A model generated the notes under the pieces. That model made no database searches. It was not told the origin of the DNA and saw only the letters and a list, made by a program, of their open reading frames with translations. A stretch of 32,000 bases of DNA. Source: Breznakia sp. PF5-3 (lineage in GTDB: Bacteria > Bacillota_I > Bacilli_A > Erysipelotrichales > Erysipelotrichaceae). Location: NCBI RefSeq assembly GCF_029504745.1, contig NZ_JAQFIQ010000002.1, positions 1 through 32,000 on the forward strand, read 5' to 3'. A program made the translations under genes and the position numbers. Below are positions 25,257-32,000 of the stretch, piece by piece. The first letter of the stretch is position 1; every line of letters starts with the position of its first letter.

Positions 25257-26573
25257 ATGGAATGGAAAAAATTAGTAAGTAGTACACGTGTACCTGCATA
25301 TAATAATGATAAATCAGGTAATGAAATATATGCTTTTGAAAGTGATTATCGAAGAATTATCAAGAGTTCTTCTTTTCGTCGACTGCAGGATAAGACACAA
25401 GTGTTTCCTTTGGATCGTAATGACTTTGTAAGGACAAGACTGACACATAGTTTAGAAGTTGCAATGATCTCAAGAGATATCTTAAATGAGGTAATACGCA
25501 ACTTAGATAAAAAGGATATTGATACAGAACCGTTATCAAAGTGCCATCGCTTACTTGAATGTGCAGCGTTGATTCATGATATCGGAAATCCTCCATTTGG
25601 ACATTTTGGTGAAGATGCCATTCGTATCTGGTTTGAAAATAATATCCATAAATATCCAGAGATGAAAGACTTGAATGAACAACAGCAATTAGATTATTTG
25701 AAGTTTGAAGGAAATGCACAAACAATTCGAGTGCTAACAAAGTTGCATGATTATAATGGCAGTTCTAGTGTGGGGATGCGATTAACTGCTTCCGTACTAG
25801 ATTCGGTAATCAAATATATGGCTGCTTCAAATGAAGTAGACAAAAGTGAACTAACATATAAAAAGGTTGGATATTTTTATTCAGAACAAGATGTGTTTAA
25901 GGAAATAAAAGAAGTTACTGGATCAAGACAATATCGCCATCCACTTGTGTATCTACTAGAAGCATCAGATGATATCTCTTATACTTTTTCGGATCTAGAA
26001 GATGGATTCAAGTTTGAAATGTTTAGTCTTGCAGATCTAAAAGAGTATTTACAAGATTGTCCAGAGGTAGATGAAATCTTGCTTTCATCTAAGACAGATG
26101 AAGAAAAGATGCAGGAGTTTATCCGCTTGTATCAACAGAAAGTTTTTAAATATGTAAGTATGTATTTTGTGAATCATTATGATGAAATCATGAAGGGAAC
26201 GCTAAAAGGGGATTTGTTTGCTGCTGATGCAGCAGAAATCAAGGTATTTAATAAATTGAAAAAATTCTGTTTTGAATATATTTTTGAAGATAAGGAAATC
26301 ATCAATCAAGAGATTGTAGGATACAATATCTTGAATTCTTTATTAGATACATTTGTTCCTGTAGTACTAAAGTATGGAAAAGAGATGAATGCATATGAAG
26401 AAAAACTTTTGGATTTTATCCCCAAGAGTGCTTTTCAACGTTATGATGTAGAAACAAAAGGATTAGAAGAAAATGAAAAGACATATTATAAGATTAAAAT
26501 AGCAGTAGATTATATTTGTGGAATGACAGATGGATTTGCAAGGAAGGTTTATAAAGATATCTTTAATACATAA
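25257..26573 (+). CDS. dgt: dGTP triphosphohydrolase-family HD-domain protein
   Basis: 'FRRLQDKTQVF', 'RTRLTHSLEVA', 'LIHDIGNPPFGHFGE' and 'DISYTFSDLEDG' are present. The start is ATG 25257 (GGAGGA RBS), and an extended -10 TGgTATAAT lies at 25223-25231. Confidence 0.88.
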   Translation: MEWKKLVSSTRVPAYNNDKSGNEIYAFESDYRRIIKSSSFRRLQDKTQVFPLDRNDFVRTRLTHSLEVAMISRDILNEVIRNLDKKDIDTEPLSKCHRLLECAALIHDIGNPPFGHFGEDAIRIWFENNIHKYPEMKDLNEQQQLDYLKFEGNAQTIRVLTKLHDYNGSSSVGMRLTASVLDSVIKYMAASNEVDKSELTYKKVGYFYSEQDVFKEIKEVTGSRQYRHPLVYLLEASDDISYTFSDLEDGFKFEMFSLADLKEYLQDCPEVDEILLSSKTDEEKMQEFIRLYQQKVFKYVSMYFVNHYDEIMKGTLKGDLFAADAAEIKVFNKLKKFCFEYIFEDKEIINQEIVGYNILNSLLDTFVPVVLKYGKEMNAYEEKLLDFIPKSAFQRYDVETKGLEENEKTYYKIKIAVDYICGMTDGFARKVYKDIFNT

Positions 26574-26657
26574 TGAAAATTGTATAAATAATTAAAACTG
26601 TCTCATTGCATAGTATTTTTATCTGTGTAATACTGAAGAAAAGAGGAGGTATCACAG

Positions 26658-27134
26658 ATGGCAAATGAAGATAAAAAAGACTTTAATGCGATGTTGGAAA
26701 GAGATAATGGGATGCCGAAAGTGCAAATCGTTACAGATGAAAAAACGATTGAAAAATATGGTGGAGAAAAGATGTATTTTGCACCACCGATGGATTACGA
26801 TATTGTAATGAAAAAAATACCAGAAGGAAAAGTTATAACAACAAGTGAAATAAGAAATTATTTTGCTAAGCAAAATAATGCGGACTTCACAGACCCAATT
26901 ACAGCAGGGATTTTCATTTCGATTGTAGCTTGGGCAAGTTATCAAAGAAGTAAAGATAAAACACCTTATTGGCGTACCTTGAAAGCGCATGGAGAGTTAC
27001 ATCCTAAATATCCAGGTGGTATAGAAAAGCAAAAGGAATTATTGGAAAAAGAAGGGCATACAATTATCAAGAGGGGGCGTACCAATATTCGTTATTATGT
27101 GAAGGATTATGAAAATGCTTTATTTATATTGTAA
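26658..27134 (+). CDS. MGMT-family DNA-binding protein lacking the acceptor Cys (alkyltransferase-like, ATL-type)
   Basis: 'IPEGKVITTSEIRNYFAKQ...' (HTH of DNA_binding_1). 'TPYWRTLKAHGEL' sits where methyltransferases have 'PCHRVV', so Cys is replaced by Tyr. 'GGIEKQKELLEKEGHTI' is also present. GAGGAGG RBS. Confidence 0.6.
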   Translation: MANEDKKDFNAMLERDNGMPKVQIVTDEKTIEKYGGEKMYFAPPMDYDIVMKKIPEGKVITTSEIRNYFAKQNNADFTDPITAGIFISIVAWASYQRSKDKTPYWRTLKAHGELHPKYPGGIEKQKELLEKEGHTIIKRGRTNIRYYVKDYENALFIL

Positions 27135-27139
27135 GCAAG

Positions 27140-27165
27140 ATAGACTGAATTATCAGTCTATTTTT
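27140..27165 (+). terminator. Intrinsic terminator
   Basis: atagactga / atta / tcagtctat followed by TTTTT. Confidence 0.75.
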
Positions 27166-27312
27166 ATATTGGTTTAATTTTTATGGGGACACATAAAGTC
27201 AAATAAAAAAGTTTTTAAACGTACTTTTAGCGCTTGGTTTTATTGAAATAATGAGGTTATTTTGTTGGTTTTCAAAGATTTATACAACAATTGCACAAAA
27301 AAATGAAAGAAG

Positions 27313-27341
27313 TTGGACTTCAAGTAATGAATGAATAAATT
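27313..27341 (+). promoter_or_regulatory. Candidate promoter of the ascorbate-type PTS genes
   Basis: TTGGAC (27313-27318), 17-nt spacer, TAAATT (27336-27341). This is a weak -10, as expected for an activator-dependent promoter. Confidence 0.3.
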
Positions 27342-27381
27342 TACACTATAGGTGTACGAAGTAAATGTTAGGGGGACAATT

Positions 27382-27828
27382 ATGAAAGACATGCTTAAAC
27401 TAGAAAACGTTCAAATTGTAAATGGTGTGAAAGATTGGATTGAAGCTATTCATGTGGGTGTACAACCACTGGTAGATACAGGTTATGTAGAAGCGCGCTA
27501 CATTGACGAAATCATTAAAAACACTGAAAAGTTTGGACCTTATTATGTTTTGTGTGAAAACTTAGCTTTGCTTCATGCGAGTGCAGAACAAGGAGTAATA
27601 AAGAAACAGGTAGCAATCACCGTACTGAAGGAACCAGTGAAATTTAAAGAAGATGGCTATGATGTGCGTTTGTTAGTTACTCTTGCAGCTAGTGATCCTG
27701 AATCACATATGCAGGCTATGCAAGCGATCTCAAATATTTTTTCGGATGAGAAGCGAATTGCAATGCTTGTGAATGCGGATACGGAAATGGAAATATATCG
27801 CCAGTTTATTGCTGCTGCAAACGAATAA
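27382..27828 (+). CDS. PTS EIIA, type 2 (ascorbate/mannitol-fructose family)
   Basis: 'WIEAIHVGVQPLV', 'ENLALLHAS' (phospho-His) and 'VRLLVTLAASD' are present. The start is ATG 27382 (GGGGGA RBS), not GTG 27352. Confidence 0.88.
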   Translation: MKDMLKLENVQIVNGVKDWIEAIHVGVQPLVDTGYVEARYIDEIIKNTEKFGPYYVLCENLALLHASAEQGVIKKQVAITVLKEPVKFKEDGYDVRLLVTLAASDPESHMQAMQAISNIFSDEKRIAMLVNADTEMEIYRQFIAAANE

Positions 27829-27853
27829 TAGTGTAAGGGAGGAATAAAACAGT

Positions 27854-29254
27854 ATGGAATTTATACTTAATATTTTGTCTACACCATCGATCTTAGTTGG
27901 TCTTATGGCAATGCTAGGACTTATCTTACAAGGTAAGAAAGTTGAAGATGTAGTAAAGGGTACGATTAAAACGATTGTAGGTTTCCTTGTGTTGAGTGCA
28001 GGGGCAGCATTTCTACAATCAGGTTCATTGAATGCATTTGGTGAGTTATTCAATTATGCATTTAATATGCAAGGAGTAGTGCCTAACAATGAAGCAATTG
28101 TTTCGTTAGGGTTAGAAAAGTTTGCTAGTCAAACAGCTTATATTATGTGTGTGGGAATGGTTGCAAATATTGTTATGGCACGTTTCTCAAGAATGAATTA
28201 TATCTTCTTGACAGGACACCACACATTATATATGGCATGTATGTTAGCCGTTATTTTAAATGTAGGTGGATTAGATGGTGCTGAGCTAGTTATTTCTGGT
28301 GGATTAGCATTAGGATTGATTATGGTAATATCACCAGCAATTTGTCAACCAACAATGCGTAAAATCGTAAAAACAGATGATTTGGCATTTGGTCACTTTG
28401 GTGGATTCGGATATTGGTTCGCAGCACAAATTGGAAAATTATTTAAAGGAAGTAAATCTACAGAAGAGGTAAACTTCCCACAACGTGTATCATTCCTTAG
28501 AGATACAACAGTAGCAATTGGATTAACAATGGTAATCTTCTTTATGGTTGTTACTGCGGTAGCTGTAGGAAAAGGATTATTGACTGATTCTGTAATGTCA
28601 GAAAGTGCAAACTTAGCACCACTATTCAGTGGAGATACAAAAACGCACTGGGCAGTATGGGCATTTACATCAGGACTTAGCTTTGCTGGAGGGGTATATA
28701 TCATTTTGGCAGGTGTTCGTTTAATTATTGGTGAAATTGTACCAGCGTTTAAAGGAATTGCAGAAAAACTTGTACCAAATGCAAAACCAGCACTAGATTG
28801 TCCAGTTGTATTCCCATATGCACCAAATGCAGTGTTGATTGGATTCTTAGTTTCATTTGTTGGTGGTATTGTTGGATTGTTTGTTTTAGGATTTATTAAT
28901 AGTTCAATTATGCCAGTTGCGTTGATTTTACCAGGAGTTATTCCACATTTCTTCTGTGGAGCAACAGCAGGTGTATTCGCAAATGCAGAAGGTGGATTAA
29001 AGGGTTGTCTAGCAGGATCATTCTTGCATGGATTATTAATTACTTTCTTACCAGCAATTTGTATGCCAGTTATGGGTGCGTTGAACTTTGCAAATAGTAC
29101 GTTCTCAGATGCTGATTTCTCACTTGCAGGAATCTTCTTCGGTAATATAGCACAATATGTTCAAGGATTTGGATTGATGGGTGTTTGTATTGTATTGTTC
29201 TTACTACCAATCATTTACAATTTTATTGCACCAAAAAAACAAAAAGCTGAATAA
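27854..29254 (+). CDS. PTS EIIC, ascorbate (UlaA/SgaT) family permease
   Basis: A 466 aa polytopic protein with the UlaA/SgaT-type N-terminus 'ILNILSTPSILVGLMAMLGLILQGK' plus 'FLTGHH' and 'PHFFCG'. GGGAGGA RBS. Confidence 0.88.
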   Translation: MEFILNILSTPSILVGLMAMLGLILQGKKVEDVVKGTIKTIVGFLVLSAGAAFLQSGSLNAFGELFNYAFNMQGVVPNNEAIVSLGLEKFASQTAYIMCVGMVANIVMARFSRMNYIFLTGHHTLYMACMLAVILNVGGLDGAELVISGGLALGLIMVISPAICQPTMRKIVKTDDLAFGHFGGFGYWFAAQIGKLFKGSKSTEEVNFPQRVSFLRDTTVAIGLTMVIFFMVVTAVAVGKGLLTDSVMSESANLAPLFSGDTKTHWAVWAFTSGLSFAGGVYIILAGVRLIIGEIVPAFKGIAEKLVPNAKPALDCPVVFPYAPNAVLIGFLVSFVGGIVGLFVLGFINSSIMPVALILPGVIPHFFCGATAGVFANAEGGLKGCLAGSFLHGLLITFLPAICMPVMGALNFANSTFSDADFSLAGIFFGNIAQYVQGFGLMGVCIVLFLLPIIYNFIAPKKQKAE

Positions 29255-29279
29255 TATAAGATGCATTAAATTATAGACC

Positions 29280-29306
29280 AGAGGAGATAGAAGTTGTATC
29301 TCCTCT
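29280..29306 (+). terminator. Hairpin / possible terminator between the IIC and IIB genes
   Basis: agaggagata / gaagttg / tatctcctct: a perfect 10-bp stem followed by only an interrupted T-tract (tatatctttatatt). Confidence 0.5.
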
Positions 29307-29517
29307 ATATCTTTATATTGAAAGAAAATAGATGAGAAAAGAGATTGGTTTTATAGTGAATATGTAGGAAATGTTCGTCTGTATACCACATAGACTTAGT
29401 ATAATATTTGTGATATTATTTTAATTGTTGATTGTCTATACTGTATATTTTGTGTAAAAACACCAAAAAGAGAGAAGGAGACAAATCAATACTAAAGTGA
29501 GGCAAAGGAGGTAAGCA

Positions 29518-29793
29518 ATGGAAATTAAAAGAATTATGTGTTGCTGTGGATCTGGATTAGGATCAAGTATGCTTGTTCGTATGAACGTTGAAAAAGCGTT
29601 AGGAAAATTAGGTTATTCTGGCATTGATGTATCACATTCATCAGTATCAGATGCAGTAGAAGGCGCAGCAGATTTATTTGTGGTTGGTAAGGATTTAGAA
29701 GAATTCGTATCTTCATTACCAAGTGTTATTATTTTGGATAATATCATGGACATGAATGAATTAGAGACAAAATTAAGTGAAGTTTTAAAATAA
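29518..29793 (+). CDS. PTS EIIB, ascorbate (UlaB/SgaB) type
   Basis: 'RIMCCCGSGLGSSML' is the phospho-Cys loop, in a 91 aa protein. AAAGGAGG RBS. Confidence 0.88.
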   Translation: MEIKRIMCCCGSGLGSSMLVRMNVEKALGKLGYSGIDVSHSSVSDAVEGAADLFVVGKDLEEFVSSLPSVIILDNIMDMNELETKLSEVLK

Positions 29794-29810
29794 AACGAGG
29801 TGGAAATTAA

Positions 29811-30662
29811 ATGGACAACACAGAATTAAAAAAGTTGAAAGTATTATCAGCTAAGATTCGTATAGATGTATTAAAGATGTTAGAAAAACGTGGGTATGGA
29901 CACTTAGGTGGATCTTTATCAATTGTTGAAGTACTAAGTGTATTGTATGGAAAACAAATGAAATATGACCCAAAAAATCCAAATGCAGAAGATCGTGATA
30001 TGTTAGTTTTATCAAAAGGTCATGCTGGACCTGGATGGTATAGTACCCTTGCTAATGTAGGGTTTATTGAAAAAGAGATGTTATATACATTAAATGATGG
30101 TGGAACAAAACTTCCATCTCACCCAGATAGAACGAAAACTCCTGGTGTCGATATGACAACTGGTTCTTTAGGACAAGGAACTTCTGCAGCTGCAGGCATT
30201 GCAACAGGTTTTAGAATGAAAAAATCTGATCAAAATGTGTATTTGATTGTTGGAGATGGTGAACTTAATGAAGGGCAATGTTGGGAAGCATTCCAATATA
30301 TTGCACATAATAAATTAAATAATTGTATCGTTTTAATTGATGATAATAAAAAGCAATTAGATGGACCAACATGTGAGATTTGTAATCCATTTAATATTGC
30401 TGATAAGATGCGTGCTTTTGGATTCAAAACATATGAAGTTAAAGGTGATGATGAAGAAGCGATTAGCAATGCAATCGATTTGTGTAAAAGTGAGAAAGAT
30501 TGTGCAGTATGTATCGTTCTTGATTCAATTAAAGGACAGGGAGTACCATTCTTTGAAGAGATGGATGCAAACCACTCTGTAAAATTTAACACTGATGAAA
30601 TCCTTAATGCTACACATGAAGCAATTGAAAAATTAGAAGCATTTGTTAAGGAGGGTGAATAA
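29811..30662 (+). CDS. Transketolase, N-terminal (TPP-binding) subunit
   Basis: 'GHLGGSLSIVEVL', 'VLSKGHAGP', 'TGSLGQG' and 'VGDGELNEGQCWEA' are present. Confidence 0.9.
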   Translation: MDNTELKKLKVLSAKIRIDVLKMLEKRGYGHLGGSLSIVEVLSVLYGKQMKYDPKNPNAEDRDMLVLSKGHAGPGWYSTLANVGFIEKEMLYTLNDGGTKLPSHPDRTKTPGVDMTTGSLGQGTSAAAGIATGFRMKKSDQNVYLIVGDGELNEGQCWEAFQYIAHNKLNNCIVLIDDNKKQLDGPTCEICNPFNIADKMRAFGFKTYEVKGDDEEAISNAIDLCKSEKDCAVCIVLDSIKGQGVPFFEEMDANHSVKFNTDEILNATHEAIEKLEAFVKEGE

Positions 30663-30664
30663 TA

Positions 30665-31618
30665 ATGTTTACATTAGATAGAGAAAATAAAGAGATTAAA
30701 GAATTAAAGTTAGCAGTTGTTGAAACCCTTCAAGATATGATGAAAACAAATGATAAAGTTGTTGCTCTTGAAGCCGATTTAGGTGGAGCTAGTGGGTTTT
30801 CAAAAATTCAAAAAACAAATCCTGATCGTTTTATAAATGTTGGGATTGCGGAAGCTAATATGGTTGGTGTTGCAGCTGGATTGAGCGTAACTGGCTTTGT
30901 TCCATTTATGCATACTTTCGGACCATTTGCATCAAGACGTGTATTTGATCAAGTATTCTTATCAGGTGCTTATGCACACACAACAATGAATATTTATGGA
31001 TCAGATCCTGGATTTACAGTTGGGCCAAATGGTGGAACACATACAACATGGGAAGATGTAGCACTTATGCGTACAATTCCTAATGCAGTTGTTTGTGATG
31101 CTGCTGATTATGTTCAATTGGAATGGATTACTCGTGAATTTGTGAAAATGGAAGGAATCCATTATGTTAGAGCAAACCGTAAAGGTGTAAGAAACGTATA
31201 TAAAGAAGGTTCTACTTTTGAAATCGGAAAAGGAAATATTCTTAAAGAAGGTAAAGATGTATTATTAATTGCAGCTGGACAATTAGTGTCAGATGCATTA
31301 GATGCAGCGGAAGCACTTGAAAAAGAAGGTATTTCTGTAGAGGTTGTTGATATGTTTACTATCAAGCCTATTGATGCTGATTTGATTCTAAAAGAAGTTA
31401 CTGGTAAAAAAGCGGTTGTAACATTTGAAAACCATTCGATTACGGGAGGTTTAGGAAGTGCTGTAGCTGAAGTACTATCAGATAATGCAATTGGAGTAAA
31501 ACTAAAACGTGTAGGTGTAAATGAATTATTTGGACAAGTAGGAACACCAGATTTCCTACAAAAAGAATTTAAACTTACCGCAGATGATTTAGTAAAAGAT
31601 ATCAAAGAAGCTTTATAA
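30665..31618 (+). CDS. Transketolase, C-terminal (pyrimidine-binding) subunit
   Basis: 'FINVGIAEANMVGVAAGL', 'HTFGPFASRRVFDQ' and 'GPNGGTHTTWEDVALMR' are present. Coupled to the N-terminal subunit by a 2-nt gap. Confidence 0.9.
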   Translation: MFTLDRENKEIKELKLAVVETLQDMMKTNDKVVALEADLGGASGFSKIQKTNPDRFINVGIAEANMVGVAAGLSVTGFVPFMHTFGPFASRRVFDQVFLSGAYAHTTMNIYGSDPGFTVGPNGGTHTTWEDVALMRTIPNAVVCDAADYVQLEWITREFVKMEGIHYVRANRKGVRNVYKEGSTFEIGKGNILKEGKDVLLIAAGQLVSDALDAAEALEKEGISVEVVDMFTIKPIDADLILKEVTGKKAVVTFENHSITGGLGSAVAEVLSDNAIGVKLKRVGVNELFGQVGTPDFLQKEFKLTADDLVKDIKEAL

Positions 31619-31626
31619 GAGATAAG

Positions 31627-31656
31627 CATTGTAGTGAAAACTACAGTGTTTTTTTT
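31627..31656 (+). terminator. Intrinsic terminator after the transketolase genes
   Basis: cattgtag / tgaaaa / ctacagtg followed by T8. Confidence 0.8.
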
Positions 31657-31676
31657 GTGGAAAAAGTGATAAAAAA

Positions 31677-31711
31677 CATAGGTTGTTACATAGGTGATGT
31701 AACAACCTATG
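31677..31711. repeat. Perfect 14-bp inverted repeat (second hairpin or operator)
   Basis: cataggttgttaca (31677-31690) / taggtga / tgtaacaacctatg (31698-31711), preceded by A6 and followed by ctatttt. Confidence 0.8.
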
Positions 31712-31831
31712 CTATTTTGTATGTAATGTCTATAAGCAAAGAAAAAATGGGAACCAAAAGAAAGTCCACAGCGTCTAAGTTTATAGATGACCTATATATG
31801 ATTATACATACTCTAGAAAGGAAAAATAAAA

Positions 31832-32000
31832 ATGTATTATTATTTAGAATTCAAAGAAGAAGGATCAAATAAGTTTTGGAAGTTAGAGTTAGAAGAGAAT
31901 AGTTATACACTTACTTATGGAAAGATAGGTAGTGCGGGTACTTCGAAAGTGAAGACATTTGAAAGTGCAGAAAAGGCTGAAAAAGATGCCATGAAATTAG
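31832..32000 (+). CDS. WGR-domain protein (3' end outside the window)
   Basis: It is absent from the ORF track because it has no stop inside the window. ATG 31832 follows AAAGGA. The translation MYYYLEFKEEGSNKFWKLELEENSYTLTYGKIGSAGTSKVKTFESAEKAEKDAMKL fits the WGR pattern (..KFW.i.l.....v.yGriG..G......f.s...A). Confidence 0.7.
   Translation, partial: MYYYLEFKEEGSNKFWKLELEENSYTLTYGKIGSAGTSKVKTFESAEKAEKDAMKL

Noticed and set aside
26652-26990. 112-aa minus-strand ORF overlapping the ATL-like gene
   Set aside because: The plus-strand frame has a strong RBS and recognisable MGMT-family motifs. The minus ORF is Cys/Phe/Ile-rich with no RBS.
20952-27320. 36-nt similarity between 20952-20987 (regulator terminator) and 27285-27320 (upstream of PTS IIA): 25/36 identical including an 11-mer aagttggactt, considered as direct repeats flanking an inserted 6.3 kb segment
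   Set aside because: By a rough estimate, on the order of a hundred 11-mer matches are expected by chance in a 32 kb window. The extra flanking identity (14/25) is not convincingly above AT-rich background once multiple testing is considered. No integrase or recombinase lies between the two sites.
31657-31872. 71-aa plus-strand ORF starting at GTG right after the transketolase terminator
   Set aside because: It starts inside the terminator T-tract, reads straight through a 14-bp perfect hairpin, has no RBS, and overlaps the well-supported WGR start in another frame.
1-32000. Search by eye for CRISPR arrays, tRNA/rRNA genes, riboswitch-like leaders, RAT/antiterminator structures and toxin-antitoxin pairs
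   Set aside because: I saw no regularly spaced short direct repeats, no cloverleaf-capable conserved tRNA boxes and no long structured leaders. The PRD protein here is of the DNA-binding activator type, so no RAT element is expected. A covariance-model scan (Infernal/tRNAscan) would be needed to exclude small RNAs formally.

Overview
AT-rich, low-GC Firmicutes-style chromosomal window (GGAGG-type RBSs, tightly coupled operons), mostly carbohydrate-uptake genes. In order: (i) the 3' 3.9 kb of a large surface protein built from ~1.13 kb in-frame tandem repeats. (ii) A ~13 kb locus (3.9-16.7 kb) with a GntR regulator, AlsE-like epimerase, ManA, three GH1 phospho-beta-glycosidase paralogues, a Lac/cellobiose-type PTS IIB-IIC-IIA, an embedded RDD membrane protein, a DeoR regulator, an SGNH esterase, a ROK kinase lacking the zinc motif, and a DUF3284-like protein. 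Its core matches the Bacillus subtilis gmuBACDREFG glucomannan operon but is expanded, and I rate it the best candidate for an undescribed pathway. (iii) A MerR/GyrI-like regulator truncated by an apparently intact IS3-family element with an A_AAA_AAA -1 frameshift site. (iv) A PRD/EIIB/EIIA-type PTS activator plus deoC. (v) An unrelated block: LysR regulator frameshifted in a homopolymer, split chrA pair, AraC/GyrI regulator, DUF3788-like protein, dGTPase, Cys-less MGMT/ATL-like protein. (vi) An ascorbate-type PTS (IIA, IIC, IIB) with a split transketolase. (vii) The 5' end of a WGR-domain gene. I saw no tRNA, rRNA or CRISPR array and no recognisable defence or toxin system. All calls rest on motif recognition by eye, since no searches could be run.
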